Below are positions 19,158-28,700 of a stretch of 64,000 nucleotides of DNA, piece by piece. This DNA comes from Myxococcota bacterium (lineage in GTDB: Bacteria; Myxococcota_A; UBA9042; PHBI01; JAWLBL01). Position 1 is the stretch's first letter. Each line of letters starts with the position of its first letter. Under the pieces are notes generated by a model. That model was not told the origin of the DNA and did not search any database. It saw only the letters and a list, made by a program, of their open reading frames with translations. The translations under genes and the position numbers were made by a program. The stretch covers positions 21,581 to 85,580 of the forward strand of contig JAWLBL010000031.1 in assembly GCA_041687695.1 (NCBI GenBank), in the 5' to 3' direction.

Positions 19158-19976
19158 TCAGCCGAGGAGCTTCTGGGCGGCCTGCTCGAGGTTGCTGGTG
19201 GGGTAGAGGAGGTCGACGCCGCAGGGGAGGTCGGCGAGGCGGTCGAGGGCGGCCGTGACGAAGGGGCCGGGGATGATGGAGCCGTGCTGGGGGACCAGGG
19301 CGGTGATGGGGAAGGGGCGGACCTTGTCGATGAAGCCGCGCAGGGCCCGGTTGGAGGCCATGTAGAAGACGTGGAAGGGCACCATGGCCTTCCAGTGGGC
19401 CTCGAAGTCGTCGATGACCAGGCGCCAGTCCTTCTCGATGGCGGCGCAGACGTCGCCGGTGAGGAGGAAGCCCGAGCGGCTGTCGAAGGTGACCATCGCC
19501 TCGGGGAAGTGCAGGAAGGGCGCGGTGAGGAAGCCGATGGAGCCGCCGGCGACGTCGAGGTAGCTGGTGTCGTTGGGCGAGACGTCGAGCCAGCTCACGT
19601 CGGGCGAGAAGCCGTAGTAGGGCAGCAGGACGCGGGCGCGCGGGGTGGTGACCAGGGTCACGTCCGGGTTGATGGCGATCCAGTCGGGCAGCGAGTCGCA
19701 GAGGTCGGGGTCCTGGTGGTGCAGGACGATGTGGGTCACCGACTCGGGCGGGATGATGGCGGCGACGCGCTCGCGGACCTGGGCGAAGTGGTGAAAGGAC
19801 GAGCCCGGGTCGAAGAGCAGGCGGAGGTCGCCGTTGACGATGAGGTAGGCGTTGCAGCGAAAGGGGCTGTCCTCCTGGCTGCCGACCCAGTACACGGCGT
19901 GCTCGCCGTCGTCGTACAGGGTCACCGGCCGGGTGAAGTCGACCTCGCCGCCCATCAGCGCGGGGATGCGGTTCAT
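19158..19976 (-). CDS. ODP-type (oxygen-binding di-iron) MBL-fold protein
   Basis: CNAYLI, FDPG, HHQDPDLC, PFLHFP, TGDV, FHVFYM, PQHG; no flavodoxin domain. Confidence 0.85.
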   Translation of the reverse strand: MNRIPALMGGEVDFTRPVTLYDDGEHAVYWVGSQEDSPFRCNAYLIVNGDLRLLFDPGSSFHHFAQVRERVAAIIPPESVTHIVLHHQDPDLCDSLPDWIAINPDVTLVTTPRARVLLPYYGFSPDVSWLDVSPNDTSYLDVAGGSIGFLTAPFLHFPEAMVTFDSRSGFLLTGDVCAAIEKDWRLVIDDFEAHWKAMVPFHVFYMASNRALRGFIDKVRPFPITALVPQHGSIIPGPFVTAALDRLADLPCGVDLLYPTSNLEQAAQKLLG

Positions 19977-19990
19977 GGTCGCCCTCCCCC

Positions 19991-20350
19991 TCAGGCCCGG
20001 CCGAGGCCGCGCAGGTAGTCGCGCATGCGGAAGCGCAGGTAGCCGATGTTGCCGCTCGAGCCCAGCAGGACCGCCACGAAGCGCTGGGCGCCGTGGTCGA
20101 CCTTGATGAGCAGGTACACGCGGCTGGCCGTGATGAGCACCTCGTCGTTGGAGCCCAGATCGATGGCGCCGCCCATCGCGCGGTACAGGGCGTCGTAGCT
20201 GCGGATCACCTGCAGGAAGGGCTCGCGGCCCTCGGCCAGATCCAGGTCGCCCGCCGAGTGGGTCGAAAACCCCGCGCCGTCCAGGCTCCCCGCCGCCGCG
20301 GCCAGATAGCCGGGGATCTCTTCCTCGATGGTACGAAAGAGCTGTTCCAT
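19991..20350 (-). CDS. Roadblock/LC7-like small protein
   Basis: 119 aa, EEEIPGYLAAAAGSLDG...DEVLITASRVYLLIK...GNIGYLR. Confidence 0.7.
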   Translation of the reverse strand: MEQLFRTIEEEIPGYLAAAAGSLDGAGFSTHSAGDLDLAEGREPFLQVIRSYDALYRAMGGAIDLGSNDEVLITASRVYLLIKVDHGAQRFVAVLLGSSGNIGYLRFRMRDYLRGLGRA

Positions 20351-20406
20351 GTGACTCCGTGTCCTCCTCGGGGGCGCCACCGCGGCGCCCATCGCCCCAG
20401 GGGCTC

Positions 20407-20422
20407 TGCAATGGACATGCCG
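20407..20422 (-). promoter_or_regulatory. Sigma54-type promoter candidate for roadblock-ODP operon
   Basis: Minus strand CGGCATGTCCATTGCA (GG-N10-GC) about 57 nt upstream of ATG 20350. Confidence 0.55.
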
Positions 20423-20525
20423 TACCGCCGGCGGCCGCGCAGCGGGGGGGTCGGCCAGCAGCCCCGCCGCGCGCTCGGGCTCCTCGTGCGTCACGGCGGG
20501 CGGGTCGGGTGTGGGACATGGCACT

Positions 20526-20541
20526 CGTGACTTGTGTCACA
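20526..20541. promoter_or_regulatory. CRP/FNR-like palindromic site
   Basis: CGTGA-CTTGTG-TCACA, 9/10 match to TGTGA-N6-TCACA, in a divergent intergenic region. Confidence 0.5.
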
Positions 20542-20665
20542 CTCCACTATCCCGCGCGCGGCGATGGCCCCGAGGGGCGGCCGGAGCGCGCGGTGGCGCG
20601 GGCGAGGCGCTTGGCCCGCTTGTTGCTTCGTGCCCCTGCCGAGAGGCCACCGACGGGGGGTGACG

Positions 20666-22345
20666 GTGCTGGATTGGCTGTTTCGAAGCGCGAGTGACCG
20701 GACGGAGTCGGCGGCCGCCAGTGTGGACGAGGCGCCGGCGGCGGCCGTCCCCGCGGGCTCGAGCGTCGCGGCGCCGGACGTGGGGGCCGTGCTGTCGGAG
20801 CGCTATCGCCTGGACGGGCTGCTGGGGCGCGGCGGCGCGGCCTCGGTGTACCGGGGCTGGGATCTGCTGCTGGAGCAGGCGGTGGCGGTCAAGGTCCTGC
20901 GGCCCGACGCCGCCAGCCTCTCGACCAGCGGGTTCAACGATCTGCGGCGCGAGGCGGTGGCCGCGATGCAGCTCAGCCACCCGCTCATCGCGCGCGTGTT
21001 CAACTACGAGCGCCATGACGGCCTCGAGTTCCTGGTGATGGAGCTGGTGCCGGGCAAGAACCTGCACGACCTGCGCCGCGAGCGCGCCGAGCGCCGCCTG
21101 TCGGTCGACGAGACGGTGCGCATCGCGCGCGACATGCTCGAGGCGCTGGCCTACGCGCACGACGCCGGGGTGGTCCACAACGACATCAAGCCGCGCAACG
21201 TGCTGATGGACCCGCGCGGGGCCCTCAAGGTCTGCGACTTCGGGCTGGCCGAGCTGGTGTCGCGCAAGGACCGGCCGAGCGACCGCATCACCGGCACGCC
21301 CGGTTACCTGAGCCCCGAGCGCATCCTGACCAAGCCCTCGGACGGGCGCAGCGACCTGTACTCGCTGGGGGCGACCCTGTACGAGCTGGCGGCCGGGCGG
21401 CCGCCCTTCGGCAAGGCGCCCGACGAGGCGCTGCGGGGCCACCTGCTGGAGCCGGTGCCGGCCAGCCCGCACCTGCCGCTGGCGCTCGACCGGGTGCTGC
21501 GGCGGGCCATGGCCAAGAACCCCGACGAGCGCTTCCAGAGCGCGCGGCAGATGGCCGAGGCGCTGGACGCGCTGGACCGGGGGCGGGCGCTGGCGCGGGC
21601 CGCGGGCCCTGCGTCACCGTCGCGGGTGGAGGCCGAGCCGGTCGCGCAGTCGGAGGAGAGGCCCGAGGTGACGGCCGCGGAGCCCGAGCGGGCGCAGGCC
21701 CCCGAGGCGCAGGCCCCCGAGGCGCCGCCCGGCATGGCCGAGGTCGACGTCGGCAAGGTGCGCTTCGACGAGCGCGAGTACGAGGTGGCGCCGTTCCACC
21801 TGGACCGCCTGCCGGTCACCAACGACGACTACGCCGCCTATGTGAAGGCGACCGGCGCCATGGCGCCCGCCTGGTGGCCCGGCAGCCGCCCGCCCAAGGA
21901 CAAGGGCCGCCATCCGGTGGTGGGGGTCACCCTCGAGGACGCCGAGCGCTACGCGGCCTGGCGCGGCAAGCGGCTGCCGACGACGCTCGAGTGGGCGGCG
22001 GCGGCGCGCGGGGCCGAGGGGCGGCGCTATCCGTGGGGCGAGACCTGCGACCAGAGCGCGTGCAACTGCCCGCTGAAGGCGAACGACACGGCGCCGGTCG
22101 ACGCGCACCCCGGCAGCGGGACGCCCGAAGGGGTGCTCGATCTGTTCGGCAACGTCTGGGAGTGGACCGACGTGGACGAGCGGGTCGCGCCGGCCGAGGA
22201 GGGCTACCGCTACGTGCTGGGGGCCTCGTACCAGCACCGGTGCAGCGCCCCGAACGGCGCCCTGCCCCGCACCCTGGTCAGCCGCCACGGCGAGTACCGC
22301 TACCTGGGCTTTCGCTGCGCCTGGGACCGGAGGATGGGACGATGA
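20666..22345 (+). CDS. Ser/Thr protein kinase fused to FGE-sulfatase (SUMF1-like) domain
   Basis: LGRGGAASVY, VAVK, HNDIKPRN, DFG, GTPGYLSPE; then PVTN..HPVVGV..RLPT..EW..GNVWEW..LGFRC; start uncertain. Confidence 0.92.
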   Translation: MLDWLFRSASDRTESAAASVDEAPAAAVPAGSSVAAPDVGAVLSERYRLDGLLGRGGAASVYRGWDLLLEQAVAVKVLRPDAASLSTSGFNDLRREAVAAMQLSHPLIARVFNYERHDGLEFLVMELVPGKNLHDLRRERAERRLSVDETVRIARDMLEALAYAHDAGVVHNDIKPRNVLMDPRGALKVCDFGLAELVSRKDRPSDRITGTPGYLSPERILTKPSDGRSDLYSLGATLYELAAGRPPFGKAPDEALRGHLLEPVPASPHLPLALDRVLRRAMAKNPDERFQSARQMAEALDALDRGRALARAAGPASPSRVEAEPVAQSEERPEVTAAEPERAQAPEAQAPEAPPGMAEVDVGKVRFDEREYEVAPFHLDRLPVTNDDYAAYVKATGAMAPAWWPGSRPPKDKGRHPVVGVTLEDAERYAAWRGKRLPTTLEWAAAARGAEGRRYPWGETCDQSACNCPLKANDTAPVDAHPGSGTPEGVLDLFGNVWEWTDVDERVAPAEEGYRYVLGASYQHRCSAPNGALPRTLVSRHGEYRYLGFRCAWDRRMGR

Positions 22346-23190
22346 GGTTGGACCTCGACGGGTTGGATGGGGTGTTCCGGGCGCCGAGCGCCGGGGCGGC
22401 CCGGGAGCGGGCGCCGGAGATCGCCGCGGCGGCGGAGCCGGCGGTGGTCGGGGCGGTGGTGTCCAGGCTGCCGCGGGCGGACCTGGGGTCGGAGCCGATG
22501 CTGCGGAGCGTCGCGGCGCCGGCGCGGGCGAGGCGCGGCCGGGCGCCGGCCTGGGCGGCGGCGGCGCTGGCGCTGGCCGTGGGGGCGGGCGCGCTGTGGT
22601 GGGCGCGGGGCGCGGCCGAGGTCGACAGGCCGGCGCAGCAGGCGGAGGTCACGGCGGCGGCGCCGGCCCAGCCTGCGACCGGCGAGGTGCGGACCGCGGA
22701 GCCGGCCGTCGTTCCGGCCAACGACGAGCCACGGGCTGGGTCGGGTGACTCGCCGGCCATGGCGACGCGGGTCGAGGCGCCGGCGCCGGCGCCGGCGGTC
22801 GCGGTCGCGCCGGAGGAGGCGGTGCAGGTCCCCGAGGAGCGCGAGCCGGCGGCGCCGCCCGCTCCGAGGCGAGCGATCGTGGCGTTCGCCTTCGAGGGGG
22901 CGGAGGCCGCGGCGGACGACATCGCGCGGGCGCTGGCCGTGGCCGCCGGCTGCGACGGGGTGACCGAGGTCCGGGGCCACACCTGCGCCATCGGCGCCGA
23001 GGAGGCCAACCGGCACCTCGGGCTGCTGCGCGCGCGGGCGGTGCGCGACCAGCTGGTGGCGCGCGGGGTGGCGCCGGAGCGGCTGCGGGTGCGGTCGGCG
23101 GGCGCGAGCGCCCCGGTCGCCTCGAACGCCACCGAAGCGGGCCGGCAGCGAAACCGCCGGGCCGAGGTGCGGTGCCTGCAAGGGCCGTGA
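22342..23190 (+). CDS. Membrane-anchored OmpA/MotB C-terminal domain protein
   Basis: TM segment, Pro/Ala linker, GHTC..G.EEANRHLG..RARAV...GRQRNRRAEV; ATGA overlap with kinase. Confidence 0.88.
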   Translation: MRLDLDGLDGVFRAPSAGAARERAPEIAAAAEPAVVGAVVSRLPRADLGSEPMLRSVAAPARARRGRAPAWAAAALALAVGAGALWWARGAAEVDRPAQQAEVTAAAPAQPATGEVRTAEPAVVPANDEPRAGSGDSPAMATRVEAPAPAPAVAVAPEEAVQVPEEREPAAPPAPRRAIVAFAFEGAEAAADDIARALAVAAGCDGVTEVRGHTCAIGAEEANRHLGLLRARAVRDQLVARGVAPERLRVRSAGASAPVASNATEAGRQRNRRAEVRCLQGP

Positions 23191-23227
23191 GTGAGTGAGT
23201 CGAGTGAGTGAGTGAGTGAGTGAGTGA
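23187..23227 (+). repeat. (GTGA)n microsatellite, 3+6 copies with one interruption
   Basis: GTGAGTGAGTGA-GTCGA-(GTGA)6 beginning at the OmpA stop codon. Confidence 0.9.
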
Positions 23228-23262
23228 CGGGCGCGAGCCCAACCATCGCAGGAGAGTGAGAC

Positions 23263-23646
23263 GTGGCACTTCCGAGAGCCGAGAGAAACCAGCGCATCGA
23301 GCGAAACCTGGCCGACCTGACCGCGCTGCGCGGCGTGACCACCGCGGCCATCGTGGACGGCGACGGGTTCGTGACGCACATCCGGCGCGACTTCGAGGTG
23401 GACACCGACGCCCTGGGCGCGGCGGTGCAGATCATGTTCAGCTCGGCGCAGCGGGCGGCCGAGCAGGTGGGCCAGGAGTCGTCGCGCCTGGTCGTGTCCG
23501 AGAACAAGGACGGGCTCATCCTGCTGGCGCCGCTGACCCGCGGGTTCGTGCTGGTGCTGGTCGCCGACGCCTCGGCCATGCTGGGGACGGTGCGGTTCGA
23601 GATGAAGGAGACCGTGCCCGAGCTCAACGAGCTGTTCGGAGGTTGA
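23263..23646 (+). CDS. Roadblock/LC7 (MglB-like) protein
   Basis: LADLTALRGVTTAAIVDGDGF...LVLVADASAMLGTVRFEM; AGGAG RBS. Confidence 0.88.
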   Translation: MALPRAERNQRIERNLADLTALRGVTTAAIVDGDGFVTHIRRDFEVDTDALGAAVQIMFSSAQRAAEQVGQESSRLVVSENKDGLILLAPLTRGFVLVLVADASAMLGTVRFEMKETVPELNELFGG

Positions 23647-23647
23647 C

Positions 23648-24082
23648 GTGCACTGGCTGGCCGGAGAGTTCGAGGCGGTGGCCGCGCGGGCCGAGGCGCT
23701 CGCCGCGCTGCGGCGGCGGCGGGCGGCGGGCGAGGACGTGCCGCGGCGCGAGGAGGCGAGGGCGCGGGCCGCCTTCCGCGACCGCCTGGGCGAGCTGGTC
23801 GAGGCGGTGAGCCGGCGGCCCGGCGTGCTGGGCTGCGTGGCCGCGCACGAGGGGCTGCTGGTCGCCGCCGCGGGCGACGCGCCGGACTTCGAGGCGGTCG
23901 CCGCCGTGGCCCAGTCGGCGGTGCTGTCGGGGCACGACGCGGCGGACAAGCTGCGGCTGGGCGACCTGCGGCAGGTCCTGGTGGTGGGCGAGCGCGGCAA
24001 GCTGGCCGTGCTGCGCGTCGGCGACATGACCGTGGGTGTGCTGGCCCCCGAGGAGGTGAGCCTGGCGGCGGCGCTGGGCTGA
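23648..24082 (+). CDS. Roadblock/LC7 protein with helical N-terminal extension
   Basis: PGVLGCVAAHEGLLVA...LGDLRQVLVVGERGKLAV. Confidence 0.8.
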   Translation: MHWLAGEFEAVAARAEALAALRRRRAAGEDVPRREEARARAAFRDRLGELVEAVSRRPGVLGCVAAHEGLLVAAAGDAPDFEAVAAVAQSAVLSGHDAADKLRLGDLRQVLVVGERGKLAVLRVGDMTVGVLAPEEVSLAAALG

Positions 24083-24114
24083 GCGGCGGGCGGCCCTGGC
24101 GCGCTGGCCGTGGC

Positions 24115-24708
24115 TCAGGGGGCGGAGCGCGCGGGGGCGGGGGACGTGCGGGGGGACCGCGTCTCGTAGTCGGCGACGAAGGCGGGCGCGGCGCCGGGGT
24201 CGGCGAAGGCGGCGGCGAGCCAGGCGACCTTTTCGAGGTCGCGCTCGCGCAGGGCGACGCGGTCCACCGGGTCGTGGGTGCGGAAGACGTGGTCCCACAG
24301 GGGCGTGGTGACGCCGTGGTTGCGGTTGGGGCGCACGAAGTGGTGATACAGGTGGTTGCGGGCCGCCCAGCGGCCGTAGCGGGTGCGGGGGCCGCGGACG
24401 TGGATCGCCTGGTGCAGCAGCTCGTAGGTCGTCCAGCCGGCGGCGACGGCGAGGGTGAAGCCGACGGCGAAGGGCGCGCCGACGAGCCAGCCGGTGATCG
24501 CGCCGAGGACCCCGAGGACGGGCACGGCGCCGAGGAGCTTGAGCGGCAGCGGCGAGAAGTACAGCACGTCCTTGTGGTGGGCGAGGTGCTCGCGGGAGAC
24601 GCGCGACTTGCCCTTGGGGAGGTGCCCGAGCGGATAGTGGATGACGTACTCGAGGAGCGTCCAGCCGACCACCCCGCTCGCGAGCCCTATGAGCGCCTGC
24701 TGCCACAT
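24115..24708 (-). CDS. Fatty acid hydroxylase/sterol desaturase family protein
   Basis: His boxes EYVIHYPLGH, HLAHH, YELLHQAIH, HLYHH, NHGVT..WD. Confidence 0.88.
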   Translation of the reverse strand: MWQQALIGLASGVVGWTLLEYVIHYPLGHLPKGKSRVSREHLAHHKDVLYFSPLPLKLLGAVPVLGVLGAITGWLVGAPFAVGFTLAVAAGWTTYELLHQAIHVRGPRTRYGRWAARNHLYHHFVRPNRNHGVTTPLWDHVFRTHDPVDRVALRERDLEKVAWLAAAFADPGAAPAFVADYETRSPRTSPAPARSAP

Positions 24709-24847
24709 GGTGTTCCCCCGTCCCTGTGTCCCGAGGGGCAGGTTAGCAGATGGCGCGGCGAGGTACAGGGGCGCCGGAGCGATGTACGTGGCGGGCGCGC
24801 GGCGCGGCGCGGCCCTGCCCGGAGCGGAGGCCGCGGCGTCGGGTCGG

Positions 24848-25342
24848 TCAGAAGCGGTACAAGACGTCCAAGGCGCCCTCGATGGCCGTGGAGTCGTGGT
24901 CTCCCAGGAGCCGGATGTAGTCGACCTCGAGGCCGAGGCCCCAGTGGTCGCTCGCCCACACGCGGCTGCCGAGGTCGGCGAGGACGCCCAGCGAGGTGTG
25001 CTCGGACACGGAGACCACACCGCCGGCGCCGACGAAGAGGTCGACCGGGCCCCAGCGCGCCAGGGGGAGCTTGAGGACGAGCTCGCCGTTGCCGGCGTCG
25101 TGACCACCGTGGCGCACCCACGCGCCGACGAGCTCCAGCTCGAGGTGGTGGTCGAGGAACGCGCGCTCGGCGGTCAGCCCGAGCCCCATCACGCCGTCGG
25201 CGTGGTGGTCCTCGAAGGCGGTGCCCCCGAGAACGCGCAGGCCTAGCGTGTTCCTGGGAGAGTGCTCCTCGGCGAGCGCGGGCGGGGCGGAGACGGCGAG
25301 GAGCGCGAGGATCGGGAGGGAGAGGCGGAGATGGCGGCGCAT
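24848..25342 (-). CDS. Small outer-membrane beta-barrel-like protein
   Basis: Signal peptide MRRHLRLSLPILALLAVSAPPALA; C-term LDVLYRF. Confidence 0.65.
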   Translation of the reverse strand: MRRHLRLSLPILALLAVSAPPALAEEHSPRNTLGLRVLGGTAFEDHHADGVMGLGLTAERAFLDHHLELELVGAWVRHGGHDAGNGELVLKLPLARWGPVDLFVGAGGVVSVSEHTSLGVLADLGSRVWASDHWGLGLEVDYIRLLGDHDSTAIEGALDVLYRF

Positions 25343-25412
25343 GGTCGGACCTCGGCGGCAACATCCGAAGGGGGCGTCGACGGCCTGGGCGGCGTCGACC
25401 GCGTCTCGGAGA

Positions 25413-25429
25413 TGCATTCGTCGTGCCAG
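25413..25429 (-). promoter_or_regulatory. Sigma54-type promoter
   Basis: Minus strand CTGGCACGACGAATGCA matches TGGCACG-N4-(T/A)TGC, about 70 nt upstream of ATG 25342. Confidence 0.65.
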
Positions 25430-25770
25430 ATCCGGGACCCGCGCCGGTGGGGCTCGGACGCGGCTCGTCCGGCGCCGGCCGGGCGATGGCGTCGCGCGAA
25501 CGTCGCGACATCGAGACGTGACTCGGGTCACTGCGCGAACCCATTGGCCCCATCGCCTGAGTGATCGGGCCGCGCGCCGGGTTGGATGTCGACCCGCGCG
25601 GCCGTTCGAGGGCGCAATCGTCCGGCCCAGGTTCAGCCGGACGCTTCACCTGGGCCGCTCGTGCGCGCTACACTCGGGCTGCACGTGTGGATGCCCCCTC
25701 TCCCGAGCCCGCAGCGCGCCCGCTCCCCCGGCCGGCCGCGACCCTGGCTCTCTCGCCGTCCGGACGCCGC

Positions 25771-28700
25771 ATGTTCGCCGATCGCCTTCGTCTCTGCCCC
25801 CGCCCGGTGGCCTTCGGGCTCGCCGCCTCGCTGCTGTTCGCCACGGTCGGCTGCGGCGGCGACCTCGTCTTCGGCTCGGAGAGCCCCCCGCCCAGCGCGG
25901 CCGTCGACGCCTCGCCGGGCGACGACACGATCCCGGTCGTCGGCACGCCGGTCCTGATCGTGGCTCCCGAAGGCGACGATCCGGCGCTCGAGCGGGTGGT
26001 CGCGACGGCGACGACCTACCTGCACCAGCTGACGGCCACCGCCCCGGCGGTCGCGCGCATGTCCGACGCGGACCTGGTCGCGCTGGCCGAGCGGGCGCTG
26101 ACCGTCAAGGCCGGGCTGGTCCTGGTCGTCGACGCGCACCGGGTGGTGCCCGATCACGTGGCCGAGGCGTCGCTCGCGTCGCTGGGCCCCGATGGGTTCC
26201 GCCTGCTGGCCGAGGACCGCGGCACCTGGGTCAACGCGCTGGACCAGACCACCGGCGCCACCTTCCTGATGGTCGCAGGTGACGGCCTGCTGCCGCGGCA
26301 GTTCGGGGTCTACGAGGCCCTGCGGCGCCTGGGCGCGCGCTTTTATCACCCCGAGCAGGAGTTCGTCCCGCGCGTGCCCGCCACCTCGGTCCGCGACCGC
26401 GCCCGCACGCCGACCGCTCTGGCCCGCCGCACCGCCGACGGCACCGCCAGCCCCGACTACGTCCCCGACTTCCGAACGCGCGGCTACAGCTTCCACGGCT
26501 CACACCCGCTCGAGCACCTCGAGGCCTTCAGCGACTCGAACCACCCCATCGACGAGGCGGTGGCGGTCAACGACTGGCAAATCAAAAACCGCGCCAACCA
26601 GATGCGCGGCGCCGGCCGCGGCGTCGCCCCGCCCGCGCGGCGCGCGTTGCGCGTGCAGCAGCTCGAGGACTATCGCCAGCGGGTCGGCCTGCGCCGCTCC
26701 ACCGGCATCACGCTGCACAACGAGCAGCAGGGCGCCAACGCCGCCATCGATCCCAGCCTGCCGACGCCCATCGCGCAGCAGATCGACGCCTTCGTCGCCG
26801 ATCGCCTCGAGGCCGTCCCCGACGCGACGCACTTCGGCGTGCACTTCGGGCCGACCGAGTTCACGGTCACCCCCGACGTCGAGACCGTGCAATGGATCGA
26901 CTGGGTCGGGCAGGCGGTGAGCAAGCGCCGCCCGGACGTGCCCCTGCTCATCAACAACCACACGACGGGCTCGCAGCCCTCGCCCAATTATGGCGACCTG
27001 GGCTGCCCGCCGGGCACCAACGACCAGGGGCTCATCGACTACTACGACCTGGCCTTCCACACCGCGCCGGAAAACGGCGTCAGCGTCCACACGGTCATGT
27101 TCTACCCGCTCGAGGGACCGGCGCGCGTCTACAACCAGCGGACTTTCGCCCACAAGCTGTGCCTGATGGAGCAGGCCTCGGCCGCGGGGCGCCCGCTGAC
27201 CTACTTCCCCGAGGGGTCGTGGTGGCTCAGCTTCGACAACCCGGTGCCGGTCTACCTGCCGCTGTACATCTGGACCCGCGGGCGCGACATCGAGCTGCTG
27301 CGTCCGCTGCTGGCGGCGCGCGGCGGGGGCACGGTCGACGGGCACCGGATGTTCAACAGCGGCCACGAGTGGGGCTACTGGCAGCAGGACTACGCGGTCG
27401 GGCTGTGGCACTGGAACGCCGACGTCACGATGGACGAGGTGCTGGCGGAGCTGACGGACCCTCTGTGCGAGACCGAGGTGTGGCCCGAGCGGTGCGAGGC
27501 CGCGCTCGAGACCCACGAGGTGCTGCTCGAGGCGATGGCCCAGCAGGCCGAGGCCTTCCTCGAGGCCGAGGACTTCATGGGCCGACCGGGCGGGCTGTAC
27601 GCCTACTTCGCGGGCGAGGACCCGGCCGACGTGCTCGGCGCGCAGACCGGGCTCGAGTTCCGGCCGGTGCGGGTCAGCTTCGCCGACGTGCTGGCCTTCG
27701 ACGAGGTGACCGCGCAGGGCTTCCGGGCGACGGACGTGCAGCGCCTCAAGGAGATGGACGAGGCCTACGCCAGCTGGGTGGCGCGGCTGCGGGCCGTGGC
27801 GCCGGAGGTGCCCGAGGCGGGGCGTCCGTGGCTGGACGAGGTGGTCGACGGGCTGGAGATCAACGGGCTGCGCGCCCGCCAGGCGTGGCAGCTGTACGAG
27901 GTGGTGCTGGGCTATCGCGACGCCGTCGCGGCGCGCGAGGCCGACCGGACGGCGCCGCCCCCGGCCGAGGCGGTCAGGACCGCGTTCGACCAGGCGATCG
28001 TGACGCTGTCGGACGCCGAGCAGGTCGTGCGGCGGCGCGAGGCGCGTTATCGCTATCCGCACACGCAGATGAACGGCGGCGGCGTCACGCCGGACACCGG
28101 GGTGGCCAACGGGACGACCTATCCCTATCGGGTGCACACCAAGACGCACCTGATGACCTACTGGATGAACCGCCACGACGAGGTCGGGCGGCTGCTGAAC
28201 GAGGGCCACGAGCAGCTGGCGCAGCTGCGGCTGGCGCCGGTGTTCGCGCTTCCGGGGCAGGCGCTGGAGATCCTGTGGCCGGCGCTGGCGGGGCTGACCG
28301 GGCAGCTGACGATGGGCGACGGCCTGACCGCGGGGCCGCTGACCAGCTCGCACGAGTACGCGGGCGAGGGCGTGTTCTCGGTCGAGGGCAGCTACTCGGC
28401 CGAGGACCTGGACACGCCGGTGCAGGGACACGTGGTGCGGGCGGCGGTGCTGGCGAGCTCGCCCGCGGGCAGCTTCACGCTGAAGTCGCCCGACACGCTG
28501 CTGGGGCAGGCCGTGCTGGCCAGCATCGCGCCGGCCTTCCGCTGGGGGCTGGTGATGTCGGGCCAGGCGGTGCTGGCCTTCGCGCCGGACTTCAGCGGGG
28601 TGGGCAAGGTCGACTTCCGCGACGTCATCGTCACGCAGCTGGCGGCGGCCATCGGGGCCGACGGGACCTTCGAGACCAAGCCGGTGGACTTCGAGCTGCC

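Noticed and set aside
19158..19976. Beta-lactamase or FprA flavodiiron reductase
   Set aside because: HQDPD motif and absence of a flavodoxin domain fit ODP better
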